Notes: generated by a model not told the origin, from the letters alone. 64,000 nucleotides of DNA from Candidatus Hydrogenedentota bacterium (GCA_034669905.1 JAXMOL010000025.1:1-64000), one strand, 5' to 3'; shown: positions 48,869 to 60,062, counted from the first letter of the stretch. Program-made: numbers and translations.

Positions 48869-51427
48869 TCAATGCTCCACCCGTTGATTGAAGAATGCGC
48901 CCTCGGAGAAGGCGGCGCGCAGATCGGCTTCATAGACCCGGCCTTCTTTATCGGAGGCGAGGATGATCCATGGTGCGTCCGCCGGATAGGGGTGTCGTGG
49001 GCCGGTGACGTTTTGGATGAAGCTGTTGTGCGCGGGGTCGGGCGCGATGACGGTCCGTGGGGTGCCGACTCCTTCGGGGTCGTCGGGAATCATGCGCGAG
49101 AATACAATCCGCGCACCGTGGGGTGGCGGCAGGGCCCGGTCATTGTCGCCGTAGCCGATGAGCACGGTGGCGCCGTCCGCACTCGACACCACAATGGGCC
49201 GGCTCGGGCGCGTGGTTTCCCCCAGGATTCCAAAGGGCCAGGGACGCCATGTGCCATCGGGGTCCCCTTCAAAGAGCGTAAACTGGGTCTTGCCCACCGC
49301 ATCGACCGAATTCTTTGTCGCCAGCCAGACAGCTCCCCCAGGCGCGAGGACGGTGTTCAGATGGTCGTCGCCAATCCTCCCCCCCAGCTGGATGGGCGCC
49401 TCTTCGTTCCACGCTCCCGTAGCCGCACCATCGGCATGGGCGCGAACCACGAAGCCCTCGCGCACCTGATCAGACCAGATGACACCCGTTTTCTTTCCGG
49501 GCAGGGGCGTCACCACACAAATATCGTCGGGCGCAACACCCTCGGCAAGTACAATCGGACCCGACCAAAGCGTGCCATCCTCCGGTGCCGTCCACACGCA
49601 CACCTTCACACCGGCCACCGCGGCGACCCACCACCTCCCCGCCGTGTCCTGCATGATGGTGGCTGTTTCGATGGCGTCCTCCGGCGACGGCGGGGCCAAC
49701 TCTGCGAGTACCTGGGGCTCCCAGCGCGACGCACCGCCCTCGCCCACCCGGGTGAGGCGGAATACGGTGACCGACGTATTGGTCTTTCGGTAGGCTTCCA
49801 GCCCAACGGCCGTCACACCGGAAACTCCGGGCCAGACATCCGCACGACGTGCGGTCCGCTCCAAGCCGTGGACGGCCTCGGGGTGCTCTACCCAGCCGGT
49901 GTCCGTGCGCTGCCAGAGCGACGGTCCCGATTCACGGGGCAAGAGGGCCCACCAGCACCCGTCCATATGCCACAACTTTGACTGGGGCTTGTCCGCCGTG
50001 GGCGCGGGGTAGTCCAATTGGAATACGGGCTCCGTGGCGGGGCGAAAGGCGGTTCCGACCGGAGCCTGCGCTTCCCCCTTCAACACGGCCGACAAGGCAG
50101 GCGTATCCAGCGAGCGCGTCAGGCGAAAGACCCCCGCCGGACCACCGGGTGCACCGCAATAAAAGAACACATGCTGCACGCCCCGGGCCACATCCATCAC
50201 CGCGCCCCCCGTGTGAAAGCCATCCGCCGTAGCGTAAAACTTGCCCCCCCGCTTGAAGAGGCGCCCCTCAAAGCGCCACTCGGCCGTCGCCCAATCCTCC
50301 GGCGCGATGCTGTAGAGGTTGATGGACATGTCCTCCCGCTTCGACTGAACCACTTCGAAACGTTTGGTCACGGGATTGAAACACATAGCCGAAGTGTCTA
50401 CCGACAGCTTGGTTTTCATGTTGGTGTTCGCCACATCGGTAATCGGCTCGTCACCAAAGGTGAAGCGCGCCTGGGCGAGGATGTCGACCGGACGTTGGTT
50501 ACGAATAATGGCGACAAAGCCCTCCTCATAGGGAATGACATCGGGCTCGGCGGGCTTGCACCAGTCGGGCAGGGCCAGCCGGTGCTTCTCCCAGGTCGCC
50601 CCCCGGTCGCGGGAACGGTAGACGGCGATTTCCCGGGCGATATCAATCGGGCGACCATCCTTTACGATGCTGTGGTGGGCAAAGAGCAGGGTACCATGGG
50701 CCGGGTCGTCGATGATGCGGGGTCCCACATACGCAAAGGGACCTTCGTGGCGATCCTCCCGAAAGGCGAGGCGCAGGTGGCTCCAGGTCGCGCCCTGGTC
50801 CTCCGAACGAAACACACCGTGGTCGCTGACGAGAAGCACGGCCCCGTCGCGGAGCGTACCAAGGGCGTTCAGGTGGAGCTTATAGCCCAGCGGACTCTTG
50901 TTCTCCGGATCAAATTTGAAGCGATGGACCAGCGGCACGGAGCCGCCCCGGTTGCGATCCTCGGGCATCATGCATTCCCGCACGTCATAGGGCGCCGACC
51001 AGGTCTCCCCCCCATCCTTCGAGCGAAGAATCGTGGAATAGGTCGTGTCCCCATCCGCACTACCGGCCAGTTTCTTGTTGTGTCCCGGCATGGCGCGATG
51101 GACGACTATCATCGTATCCCCCACCATCGTGGCCACGGGCCAGCCAAAGTGGTTGTTATCCCCCTTCGGGTGGGTGGGCAGATTGACCGGCGCCAATTCG
51201 AGGAGGCCCGCTGCCTGTGCCGACTCCAGGCGCGCCTGTTGCTGCGGGTCCGTATCGAGCAACCCCCGAACGAAGGAGGCCTCGTCGGTCGCGCCAAGGG
51301 CTTCCGCCGCCCCAGCCATCGGACCAACGCCCAACCCCAGCAGGCCCATCGAAAAGACAGCCACCGCCGCCAGGCCCTTCGCCGTACCCATCCCGCGCCG
51401 ATTCTTTCGTCCTGTTTCCTTCGTCAT
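48869..51427 (-). CDS. Secreted two-domain protein: BNR/Asp-box propeller fused to a second beta-rich domain
   Basis: Signal peptide; SKDGGETW, SEDQGATW, SRDRGATW; second domain starts PTADKPQSKLWHMDGCWWA and contains DDHLN. Confidence 0.7.
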   Translation of the reverse strand: MTKETGRKNRRGMGTAKGLAAVAVFSMGLLGLGVGPMAGAAEALGATDEASFVRGLLDTDPQQQARLESAQAAGLLELAPVNLPTHPKGDNNHFGWPVATMVGDTMIVVHRAMPGHNKKLAGSADGDTTYSTILRSKDGGETWSAPYDVRECMMPEDRNRGGSVPLVHRFKFDPENKSPLGYKLHLNALGTLRDGAVLLVSDHGVFRSEDQGATWSHLRLAFREDRHEGPFAYVGPRIIDDPAHGTLLFAHHSIVKDGRPIDIAREIAVYRSRDRGATWEKHRLALPDWCKPAEPDVIPYEEGFVAIIRNQRPVDILAQARFTFGDEPITDVANTNMKTKLSVDTSAMCFNPVTKRFEVVQSKREDMSINLYSIAPEDWATAEWRFEGRLFKRGGKFYATADGFHTGGAVMDVARGVQHVFFYCGAPGGPAGVFRLTRSLDTPALSAVLKGEAQAPVGTAFRPATEPVFQLDYPAPTADKPQSKLWHMDGCWWALLPRESGPSLWQRTDTGWVEHPEAVHGLERTARRADVWPGVSGVTAVGLEAYRKTNTSVTVFRLTRVGEGGASRWEPQVLAELAPPSPEDAIETATIMQDTAGRWWVAAVAGVKVCVWTAPEDGTLWSGPIVLAEGVAPDDICVVTPLPGKKTGVIWSDQVREGFVVRAHADGAATGAWNEEAPIQLGGRIGDDHLNTVLAPGGAVWLATKNSVDAVGKTQFTLFEGDPDGTWRPWPFGILGETTRPSRPIVVSSADGATVLIGYGDNDRALPPPHGARIVFSRMIPDDPEGVGTPRTVIAPDPAHNSFIQNVTGPRHPYPADAPWIILASDKEGRVYEADLRAAFSEGAFFNQRVEH

Positions 51428-51542
51428 GATACGCTAACTTCCTTCCCCGGATAGTCTGCCTGATTCGTGGTTGCTTCCGCCGTGACACCGCCGCCAATTT
51501 TCAGGTACCCTGCACGGCATAGGGATACATTGTCAAAACAAG

Positions 51543-52562
51543 ATGGAAAACATGATGCAAACAACACGCACACACCCAGTCTTGATCGGCGCCCTGCTGG
51601 CGGCCTTCCTCACCGTGACCGCCCTTGCAACGGAAACCCGGGAAGAACCCATCCCCACCGGGTGGGCCGAATGGTACCGCCCCGTAGACAACCCCGTCTT
51701 CACCATCGACTACGGCAACAACCACGACTCAGTCCTCTTTGTAGAACCCGAACTGGAATATCCCTACCACCTCATCATCAGCCACGAAAAGGAGGCGGCC
51801 CACCTCTGGCGCACCAAACGCTTCTCTTGGAACAGCGCCGACTGGGAGTTGGTCAGTGACCAATATATCATCGGAAACCACTACGAATACGACGACGGCG
51901 TGAAGGTCGGCGACACGTATTATATTTACGAAGATGGTATCGTCTATACCTTCACCGGCCCCCTGGAAGAAGCCAGTGGACAGTGGAAAAAAGCGGGCAC
52001 CTTCCCGAAAAAGGAGTGCGACGACGCGGGCGTTTTCTACGAAGAGGGCGTCTTCCACCTCTTCGGCGAATACGGTCATTTCCCCCACGGCCCCGACGGC
52101 ACGAGCCTATCCCACTTCACCTCCACGACGGGGCTGGGTGATTGGACCCTCGTCAATGCAAAAGCCGTGGACCCCAATCCCGATGGGGGCCACACCTACG
52201 GCGTGGGCGACCCGACCATCGCCAAAATCGAGGGCATGTACTACATCTTCTGCGACCGGGAGTCGGAAGGCGTGCCCTACCGCGTCATCGCCTGGCAATC
52301 ACCCGATCTCAACACCCCTTTTGAATATAGGGGCGTTGCCCTCGCGCCCCGTTCCGACGAAACCGACGACTGGGACAACTACCGCATCCAGGATGCCGAC
52401 ATCGGTTACATCCCCGAACTGAAGCGTTACGTCCTGACCGTCAACATGAAAGACCACGACGGCAACCCCGGTGGCAACTTCCCCACCCTCGGCAAAAATC
52501 AAAGCCGGGTCATTGGCGTCTTTTATTCGCAGAGAACGCTACCCCCATCCCAAGTACCGTAA
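51543..52562 (+). CDS. Secreted five-bladed beta-propeller glycoside hydrolase-like protein (GH43/32-like)
   Basis: Signal peptide; NPVF; repeated blades HDSVL, DDGVK, DDAGV, GDPTI, QDADI. Confidence 0.65.
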   Translation: MENMMQTTRTHPVLIGALLAAFLTVTALATETREEPIPTGWAEWYRPVDNPVFTIDYGNNHDSVLFVEPELEYPYHLIISHEKEAAHLWRTKRFSWNSADWELVSDQYIIGNHYEYDDGVKVGDTYYIYEDGIVYTFTGPLEEASGQWKKAGTFPKKECDDAGVFYEEGVFHLFGEYGHFPHGPDGTSLSHFTSTTGLGDWTLVNAKAVDPNPDGGHTYGVGDPTIAKIEGMYYIFCDRESEGVPYRVIAWQSPDLNTPFEYRGVALAPRSDETDDWDNYRIQDADIGYIPELKRYVLTVNMKDHDGNPGGNFPTLGKNQSRVIGVFYSQRTLPPSQVP

Positions 52563-52639
52563 GCAGGACGGTGACGAATCGCACTTAGACAGGGGACCAA
52601 CTCCCCGGGACGGTCAACTCTTCCGCCCAAAGCGGAAAA

Positions 52640-52815
52640 AGGACTGTACCGGCAGTACGCCACGTCCCAATGTAAGCCACATCACCCCACGTCCCCTGAC
52701 ACTGCCGGGATAGCCTCACGCGTTATCGGTCACTCCCCAGCTTGGGGGTTGTTCGTTGGGCGACGGGCACATCCCCCAAACCCATCGACACACAAGGCGG
52801 GAAGGCAGTCCCCCC
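52640..52815. repeat. Partial REP-like mosaic, copy C
   Basis: ggactgtaccggcagtacgcc; ccgggatagcctcacgcgtt; gaaggcagtccc; lies between convergent genes. Confidence 0.7.
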
Positions 52816-53736
52816 CTACACGATCTTCTTTTTCTTCTTCGCCGCAGCACCCTTCTTCCCCTTGGGAAACACAATCGAGTTCTCCACCCGATCATCAATG
52901 CAGGCCAGGAGGAAGTCGATGAAGCGTTGGGCGTAGGGGTTGGCCCCCTCGTCGCGGACGTAGCTCATCACCGCAGTGTTGGGCAGGGGCGGCAACCCAT
53001 CGTCAAGAATGGGCATCTCCTCCAGCACCGCCGATCGGGGCAACACACTCACGCCCAGGCCCGCGCGGATAGCCGATTGGACGGCCTGGACGGCATTCGC
53101 ATCGATGGACATTTTCCAGGGACGTCCTATCGTGGTAAGGGCGTCGAAGGCAATCTGCCGATAGCTGCACGGCGGATGCATAAGCACCAGCTCGACCGGG
53201 GTGTCCTCGTCCTCCTCCCCCTCCCAGGAGCCGGTCCAGACCAGTTGCTCTTCCCAGAGCACCTTGCCGTAGCCCGCTTCCGGGCCAGCAAAGACCACGT
53301 CCAGTTCGTCTTTCTCCAGGGCCTCCAGCAGGCTCCCCCCCAGACCCAGCACCAGGCTCAGGTCGCAGTTGGGATGAGCACGACGAAAACGGGCCAGCAG
53401 GGTGTGGAGATGCTGGGGCGCGAGATATTCGGCAAAGCCCACGCGCAGCAGGGTGGCGTCGTCGGGCGCGGTGACGGCGAGGAAGGCCTCATCCGCCAAA
53501 TCCAGAATCCGCCGGGCGTAACTCACAAAAGTCTCCCCCGCGGGCGTCAGCGAAAGTGAACGGCTGTTGCGCTCCACGAGTTTGGTGCCCAGCTTGTCTT
53601 CCAACTTTGCGATTTGCAGGCTTACGGCCGATTGGGTCCGGTAGATCCGCTTGGCCGCCGCCGAAAAACTCCCCTCCTCCACCACGGCCACCAGGGCCCG
53701 GAGGCAGATAAGGTCCGTATCCAACTTAAATTGCAT
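52816..53736 (-). CDS. LysR-family transcriptional regulator
   Basis: GSFSAAAKRIYRTQSAVSLQIAKLE HTH; divergent from an oxidoreductase operon. Start could also be 53754 or 53763. Confidence 0.93.
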   Translation of the reverse strand: MQFKLDTDLICLRALVAVVEEGSFSAAAKRIYRTQSAVSLQIAKLEDKLGTKLVERNSRSLSLTPAGETFVSYARRILDLADEAFLAVTAPDDATLLRVGFAEYLAPQHLHTLLARFRRAHPNCDLSLVLGLGGSLLEALEKDELDVVFAGPEAGYGKVLWEEQLVWTGSWEGEEDEDTPVELVLMHPPCSYRQIAFDALTTIGRPWKMSIDANAVQAVQSAIRAGLGVSVLPRSAVLEEMPILDDGLPPLPNTAVMSYVRDEGANPYAQRFIDFLLACIDDRVENSIVFPKGKKGAAAKKKKKIV

Positions 53737-53904
53737 TGCATTCGATTTGCTCATAGGTACCATTCCAATTAATCGTTTTACTTATTCCTGATCGCAGTAT
53801 ATACTCCCATTCAGAAGCAGTCAACCACCCCGCTGGACCGAAGCAACGCCGAAAGCGGGCTCCGAAAAACGGCTCCACAACACGTACCGAGGAGGATATG
53901 GATT

Positions 53905-54915
53905 ATGAAAGCTATTGGATACACCCAGGCAGGCCCCATCACGGCGGACAACGCCCTCATTGACTTCGACGCCGAGAAACCGTCGGTAGGTCCCCGCGAC
54001 CTCCTGGTGGAAGTGAAAGGTATTTCGGTTAACCCCGTGGACGTAAAGGTCCGCGCGGCCATGGCGCCCGAGTCGGGCACCAAGATCATCGGCTATGACG
54101 CCGCCGGCACGGTTCGAGAAGTCGGCAAAGACGTGAGCACCTTCAAGGTCGGTGATGACGTCTTCTACGCAGGCGATCTCACCCGCCCCGGCACCAATTC
54201 CGAGTTTCATGTGGTGGATGAGCGCATCGTCGGGAAAAAACCCCAATCCCTCGACTTTCCGGAGGCCGCCGGTTTTCCCCTCACCTCCATCACCGCGTGG
54301 GAACTGCTCTTTGACACCTTCGGCGTAAAGGAAGGGGAAGGCCAGGGCGAAAGCCTCCTGGTGATTGGCGGCGCCGGTGGCGTGGCATCCATCCTCATTC
54401 AGCTGGCCAAAAAGCTGACGGGCCTCACGGTCATCGCCACGGGCTCCCGTCCTGACACGACCGAGTGGGTGAAAAAGATGGGCGCCGATCACGTCATCAA
54501 CCACCGCGAGTCCCTCGCCGACCAGATGAAAGCGTTGGACATCCAGCCCCGTTACGTGGCCTCGTTGAACGGCACGGATGGCCACTTCGCCTCCATCCTC
54601 GAGCTCATCAAACCCCGCGGGCATGTGGCCTTCATCGATGACCCGGAAACCCTGGACATCAAGGCGGGCAAAATGAAGGCCCTCAGCTTCAGCTGGGAGT
54701 TCATGTTCACCCGCTCCATGTTCGAGACCGACGATATGGCGGCGCAGCAGGACCTGTTGAACCGCGTCTCCGCCCTCATTGACGACGGCACGCTGATTTC
54801 CACCGTCACCAAGAATCTCGGCCCCCTCACCGCAGCAACGCTCATTGCCGCCCACGAAGAACAGGAAGGCGGCCGTGTCATCGGCAAGAATGTACTGGGT
54901 GGATTTGAAGCGTAG
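53905..54915 (+). CDS. Zinc-binding alcohol dehydrogenase-family (MDR) protein
   Basis: [47 protein letters not shown]. Confidence 0.9.
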   Translation: MKAIGYTQAGPITADNALIDFDAEKPSVGPRDLLVEVKGISVNPVDVKVRAAMAPESGTKIIGYDAAGTVREVGKDVSTFKVGDDVFYAGDLTRPGTNSEFHVVDERIVGKKPQSLDFPEAAGFPLTSITAWELLFDTFGVKEGEGQGESLLVIGGAGGVASILIQLAKKLTGLTVIATGSRPDTTEWVKKMGADHVINHRESLADQMKALDIQPRYVASLNGTDGHFASILELIKPRGHVAFIDDPETLDIKAGKMKALSFSWEFMFTRSMFETDDMAAQQDLLNRVSALIDDGTLISTVTKNLGPLTAATLIAAHEEQEGGRVIGKNVLGGFEA

Positions 54916-54958
54916 ACGCCTTGGCTGCCGAAAACGACCAATACGGGAAGGATAACGA

Positions 54959-55780
54959 ATGGAAAAGACGATACTGATTACCGGGGCCACCGATGGAATC
55001 GGTCTGGAGACGGCCCGTGTGCTGGCTTCCGGTGGCCATCATATCCTTCTCCACGGACGTAATCCCGCCAGGCTGAAGGCGACGCACGAGGCCCTTTCCA
55101 CACTCACACCCGACACAACAATCGACATCGTCGAGGCGGATCTATCCCGCCTCGACGCGGTCGAGGAAATGGCCGCATACATAACGAGGCACTATGACCG
55201 GCTCGATGTCTTGATCAACAACGCGGGTGTCTACCGTAGCACTCCGGTCAGGACGGTCGACGGCCTCGATATACGCTTTGCCGTAAACACAATTGCACCC
55301 TATCTACTCACCAATCGCCTCCTTCCGCTCCTTGGCCCGACGGCACGGGTGCTCAACGTCTCTTCGGCGGCCCAGTCTCCCGTCCACCTGGAAGCGCTCT
55401 CGGGCGCGATGGATCTTTCGGACGGACACGCCTATGCGCAGAGTAAACTCGCACTCACCATGTGGTCTGTCCAGATGGGACGCACCGTGGCAGAGTCTGG
55501 CCCCATGGTGCTGGCCATCAACCCCGGCTCCATGCTGGGAAGCAAAATGGTAAGAGAGGCCTTCGGTGTCGACGGTGCAGACATCGGTATCGGCGCGGCC
55601 ATATTATGTCGAGGCGCCCTGTCCGACGAGTTTTCCCATGCAACCGGCCAGTATTACGACAACGATAGGGGCACGTTCGCCTCGCCCCACCCCGATGCCC
55701 TGGACGAAACGAAATCGAAACGGCTTACCCAACGAATAGAAGAAATAGTGACCCGAAAGCCAGGCGCTCTCAGCCGATAG
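54959..55780 (+). CDS. Short-chain dehydrogenase/reductase
   Basis: TGATDGIG, NNAG, NVSS, YAQSK. Confidence 0.9.
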   Translation: MEKTILITGATDGIGLETARVLASGGHHILLHGRNPARLKATHEALSTLTPDTTIDIVEADLSRLDAVEEMAAYITRHYDRLDVLINNAGVYRSTPVRTVDGLDIRFAVNTIAPYLLTNRLLPLLGPTARVLNVSSAAQSPVHLEALSGAMDLSDGHAYAQSKLALTMWSVQMGRTVAESGPMVLAINPGSMLGSKMVREAFGVDGADIGIGAAILCRGALSDEFSHATGQYYDNDRGTFASPHPDALDETKSKRLTQRIEEIVTRKPGALSR

Positions 55781-55862
55781 CATGTCGCGTTCTTCCGAGA
55801 GCCCATCCCAATCACATTGGGCACCAATTACGCTGACGTCATACCCACATGGAGGAAACACG

Positions 55863-56861
55863 ATGAAACAATATAAAATCGAACCCGGCAAAAAGTCCCT
55901 CAAGCAAGAAGACATCCCTGAACGGGAACTCGGCCCCCACGACGTAAAGGTCCGCATCCATGCGGCGTCCTTAAACTACCGCGACATCCTCAATCTCCAA
56001 TCCAACCGGGAAGCCATCGTTCCCTTTTCCGATGGGGCCGGTGAAGTTGTGGAAACCGGCAGTGCGGTCCGCAGCCTGGCCGCAGGCGACCGGGTGGTGG
56101 GCCTCTTTTTCCCGCTCTGGATGGATGGCCCCATCGAAAAGGGCATCAACGATGTGGCCCGTGGGGGTGGCGCCACCGATGGTATGCTGGCCGAAGTCGT
56201 CGTCGGAAACGAAAACAGCTTCCTGCCCTTTCCGAAGCAGCTCAGTTACGAGGAGGCCGCCACCCTGCCCTGTGCGGGACTGACCGCCTGGCACGCCCTC
56301 TTCGAACACGCTCAGCCGGCCCAACCGGGACAAACCGTGTTGATTCAGGGCACGGGTGGTGTCTCGACCTTCGCCCTTCAGATTGCCGTCGCCCATGGCC
56401 TCAAGACCATTGTAATCTCGAGCTCCGACGAGAAGTTGGCGCGGGTGAAACAGATGGGCGCCACCCACACCCTCAATTACCGCACCACCCCCGATTGGGA
56501 AAAGGCCGTGTGGGAACTCACCGACAAAAAAGGTGTCGATATCGTTCTGGAAGTCGGCGGTGCGGGCACCCTGGAGAAATCCATGAAGGCCGTGAAGTAT
56601 GGCGGGGTCATCAGCCTCATCGGGGTCCTTTCCGGTCTGGACGGCACCATCAATCCCCTCCACATCCTCGGCAAGAGCCTCCGGGTCTTTGGCATCTATG
56701 TGGGCAGCCGGGCCATGCAATCCCGCTTCCACACCGCCCTCACCACCCATGGACTCACCCCCATCGTCGACCGGGTCTTCGACTTCGACGCCGCGGCGGA
56801 CGCCTATACCTACCAGCAATCCGGCAAGCACTTCGGCAACGTGGTCGTGAAGTGCAGTTAA
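55863..56861 (+). CDS. NAD(P)-dependent MDR-family alcohol dehydrogenase
   Basis: [43 protein letters not shown] before ATG 55863. Confidence 0.9.
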   Translation: MKQYKIEPGKKSLKQEDIPERELGPHDVKVRIHAASLNYRDILNLQSNREAIVPFSDGAGEVVETGSAVRSLAAGDRVVGLFFPLWMDGPIEKGINDVARGGGATDGMLAEVVVGNENSFLPFPKQLSYEEAATLPCAGLTAWHALFEHAQPAQPGQTVLIQGTGGVSTFALQIAVAHGLKTIVISSSDEKLARVKQMGATHTLNYRTTPDWEKAVWELTDKKGVDIVLEVGGAGTLEKSMKAVKYGGVISLIGVLSGLDGTINPLHILGKSLRVFGIYVGSRAMQSRFHTALTTHGLTPIVDRVFDFDAAADAYTYQQSGKHFGNVVVKCS

Positions 56862-56893
56862 CCACACACCACGCAGACAGGAGAGTTTTCACC

Positions 56894-57769
56894 ATGAAAC
56901 GACAGGCCGCAACGATTACCGCCGCATTCGCCGCCCTCTGTGGCGCTGCCCTCTATACCACCGACAGCCTCGCCCGGGATGCCACCCCCGATCCCGAGTT
57001 GGTCGTAACGTCCGACATTGAATGGGGCCCTCTCAATCCCGCACGGGGCAACAAGGGTCCAAAGGCCGGCACCCTCTGGGGTGATCGCACCGCAGAAGGA
57101 CCCTCGGGATTCCTCGTGGAATTCGCCGACGGCTTCGCGTCGCCCCCCCACATTCACAATGTCACCTACCGGGGCGTGGTCATCCGCGGTCTCGTCCACA
57201 ATGATGACCCGAATGCGGCCGAAATGTGGATGCCACCAGGCTCCTTCTGGACCCAGCCCGTGGGCGAGGAGCACATTACGGCGGGCAAAGGCGGAAAGAG
57301 CCTCGCCTACATCGAGATCGAAAAGGGGCCCTACCTCGTCCGCCCTTCCGAAGAGGCCTATGACAGTGGCGAGCGTCCCGTAAACGTTGACCCCTCAAAT
57401 ATCGTGTGGCTCGATGCGTCCAATCTGCGCGCTATCGAAGCCAGCGCTCCATCGGATGGCCCCGAGCTCGCCTACCTTTGGGGCAACCCCCAGGACAATC
57501 AACGGAACGGAACCCTCGTCAAACTCCCCGCCGGATTCTCCGGCACGCTGCGCAGCCAGGGAACCAGTTTTCGGGCGGTGGTCATCGAGGGGCAGCCCCG
57601 GTTTCACACGCCGGACAAGAGTACAGCCACATCCCTGGAACCGGGAAACTATTTTGGCGGCGAGGGCAAGCGGGAATTCACGCTTTCCACGGAAGCAAAT
57701 AACGCCACCATCCTCTATGTACGGGCCGAAGGGAACTATGACATTCTCGCGACGCCGACCGCGGAGTAA
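56894..57769 (+). CDS. DUF4437 double-cupin-like secreted protein
   Basis: Signal peptide; [48 protein letters not shown]. Confidence 0.8.
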   Translation: MKRQAATITAAFAALCGAALYTTDSLARDATPDPELVVTSDIEWGPLNPARGNKGPKAGTLWGDRTAEGPSGFLVEFADGFASPPHIHNVTYRGVVIRGLVHNDDPNAAEMWMPPGSFWTQPVGEEHITAGKGGKSLAYIEIEKGPYLVRPSEEAYDSGERPVNVDPSNIVWLDASNLRAIEASAPSDGPELAYLWGNPQDNQRNGTLVKLPAGFSGTLRSQGTSFRAVVIEGQPRFHTPDKSTATSLEPGNYFGGEGKREFTLSTEANNATILYVRAEGNYDILATPTAE

Positions 57770-57880
57770 CCGCGGCACACCGACAGCGTTGTCCCCTGAA
57801 TATAGCCAGCGTCATGGCACCATAAGGGCTGTTGCGTCCCCAATGTGCCACACTAGCTCTTGAGATAAGGACTCTGAACC

Positions 57881-58040
57881 ATGACCACCAAAAAACAGTT
57901 TGGGCCTAAGGGCTGGACACCGGATCAACTCGGCTCCCTCACGGGCAAAACGTACCTCATCACCGGTGCCAATGCCGGGGCGGGGTTTGAAGCCACGCGG
58001 GTCTTTCTCTCCAAAGGCGCAAGGGTGGTGATGATGATCC
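57881..58040 (+). pseudogene. Truncated SDR oxidoreductase (first ~52 codons only)
   Basis: GWTPDQLGSLTGKTYLITGANAGAGFEATRVFLSKGARVVM, then runs into repeat DNA; no NNAG or YxxxK motif follows. Confidence 0.75.
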
Positions 58041-58044
58041 ACAA

Positions 58045-58250
58045 CGGGACTGTCAACTCTTCCGCCCCAGGCGGAAATGGGACTGTACCGGCAGTATCCC
58101 TTGTCGCCGGGCAACTATCACCAACCCAACGCCATCCATCACGGCCGGGACAGCCTCACGCATGGACACCCACTGCCCCAGCCAACGAAGCACCCCGGGT
58201 CACCGTCATCGGACCAATCGGTAGGCCATTCGTGCGTGAAGGCAGTCCCA
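58045..58250. repeat. Partial REP-like mosaic, copy D
   Basis: gggactgtc, gggactgtaccggcagta, ccgggacagcctcacgc, gcgtgaaggcagtccc. Confidence 0.7.
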
Positions 58251-58356
58251 CGTGTCGCGGCGTAGCAGCCCTCCCAAGCGTAGAAAAAATCACCCCCACC
58301 TCCCATCGCGTGTCTGGTGCGGTGAGAAGCGGGGGCGATAGGGATGAGAAACACTA

Positions 58357-59145
58357 TCAGTCCTGTGCTTGCAGGATACCCACGAGCTCGGTCAAATTAT
58401 TCACTACGTAGTCCGGCCGTTCGACATTCGGGTACAGCGTGGCGCCCGGACGGGCAATAAAGGCCGTCTGTAGCCCCACGTTTTTCGCACCCGCCAGGTC
58501 CCAGGCGTGGGCGGCCACCATCAGGACTTCTTCCGGTTTTACGCCAAGGTCATCCAGGACCATCTGATAGGTCTCCGGATGGGGCTTATATTTCTTGATG
58601 CTTTCAATGGTGTAGCGCTTTTCAAAGAAATGGGTCAGCCCGGCGTTCTTGAACTGGGTCTCCACCCCGGCAGCCGACGAGTTGGTGAGGCTGACAATCC
58701 GATACCCGTCTTTCGCAAGGACGGCCAGGCCCGATTTCACATCGGGGTGGGGCGGAAGGGAGCGCAGGGGCGTGACGATGGCCGTCTTGGCCTCGTCATA
58801 ACTCATCTCGATGCCCTGCTTCTCGGCGACCATCATCAAGGCCGCCGTACCGATCTCGCCGAAGCCATGGTAATTATCACTCAACGTCTCCACGAGTGAA
58901 TAGTGCAGCATCGTGGAGAACCACAGGGGCAGCAAATCTTCCCGCCCATCGAGCACCTCCCCCACCGAGCTTTTCAGCGCAGCGAGGTCAAGCAGGGTTT
59001 CGTTCACGTCGAAAATGATGACGCTGGGTTTCAGCATGGGCTTCTCCCTATCCGGGTGGGCGTTGACGTCTTCCGCATACACGCGGGCCATGACGAGCAA
59101 GGCGAGGGCCGCAACGGACCAATGGAGCAGGCTCTTTCGGGTCAT
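58357..59145 (-). CDS. Haloacid dehalogenase type II (HAD superfamily) with predicted signal peptide
   Basis: IFDVNETLLD, LTNS, YKPHP, MVAAHAWD..GA; hydrophobic N-terminal leader. Confidence 0.88.
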   Translation of the reverse strand: MTRKSLLHWSVAALALLVMARVYAEDVNAHPDREKPMLKPSVIIFDVNETLLDLAALKSSVGEVLDGREDLLPLWFSTMLHYSLVETLSDNYHGFGEIGTAALMMVAEKQGIEMSYDEAKTAIVTPLRSLPPHPDVKSGLAVLAKDGYRIVSLTNSSAAGVETQFKNAGLTHFFEKRYTIESIKKYKPHPETYQMVLDDLGVKPEEVLMVAAHAWDLAGAKNVGLQTAFIARPGATLYPNVERPDYVVNNLTELVGILQAQD

Positions 59146-59261
59146 AAGGCATTCCTTCTTGGATTGATTGATTCGATCAGTTGGTGGGCCGGCTCAGCGA
59201 CCGGAAACAGCCCCCGCCTTCGCGGGGTTGAGCCGTCCAAAAGGGTGCGGTGTACAGGGAC

Positions 59262-60014
59262 TCAGACAAGACTCTCCTGCCGGTCAGGCGTGATAACGTT
59301 CATGGCGAAGCTTTCATACGCCGCGCCAATCCGCTCCGCCTTGGGATCGGGCCACACGAGGAAACGCTCCTCGGCAAGGGCATCAAATAGATCCACCGCG
59401 ACCACCGAAGCGGGCACGGCCACATCCCCGAATCCGGCATTTTCCGCCATGTCGGTCTTGATGGGACCCGGGTGAACACTCACCACCACCGTGCCCTGTT
59501 CCCGCAAGGAATCCCGCAGGCCCTGGGTGATGGCGTAACTCGCCGCCTTGGAGGCACAGTAGGTGGCGATAGTTTCCATGGTCCGGACCGATGCAACGCT
59601 GTTGAGCTGTACCAGCGCCCCACCGCCATTCGCCTTCAGCACAGGGGCGAAGGCCTGGGCAACCCGAATCAGGCCATAGACATTGCTTTCCATCTCAAAC
59701 TGCAGGGTGTCGATGGCATCGGCATCTAAGGCCGTGCGCATTTTCATCACACCCGCATTGTTCACCACCACGTCCACATCGCTGGCCGCTTTCGGAGCTG
59801 CTATGATGGAAGCCGGGTCATTGAGGTCAACACGAATGGGCACCACCCGCGCCCCGTGTTTCGCCACCAGGGGGGCCGCCGTGTCGACGTTACGCACCGC
59901 CGCATAGACCTTGGCCGCACCGCGATGGAGGGCCTCTTCCACAATGGCCTTCCCGATTCCACGGTTGGCGCCGGCTACCAATACAATTTTTTCTTCCAGA
60001 TTAAAGGCCATCAC
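59262..60014 (-). CDS. Short-chain dehydrogenase/reductase
   Basis: GANRGIG, GAAKVYAAVR, NNAG, YCASK, HPGPI.TDM. Confidence 0.9.
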   Translation of the reverse strand: MMAFNLEEKIVLVAGANRGIGKAIVEEALHRGAAKVYAAVRNVDTAAPLVAKHGARVVPIRVDLNDPASIIAAPKAASDVDVVVNNAGVMKMRTALDADAIDTLQFEMESNVYGLIRVAQAFAPVLKANGGGALVQLNSVASVRTMETIATYCASKAASYAITQGLRDSLREQGTVVVSVHPGPIKTDMAENAGFGDVAVPASVVAVDLFDALAEERFLVWPDPKAERIGAAYESFAMNVITPDRQESLV

Positions 60015-60062
60015 AAGCTCCTCCGGTTTTGTCGCTTCGGGAAAATGAACAGGCAGATACCG

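Noticed and set aside
57881..58411. 176-aa ORF as an intact protein
   Set aside because: Only the first ~52 aa are SDR-like; the rest is read-through into repeat sequence.
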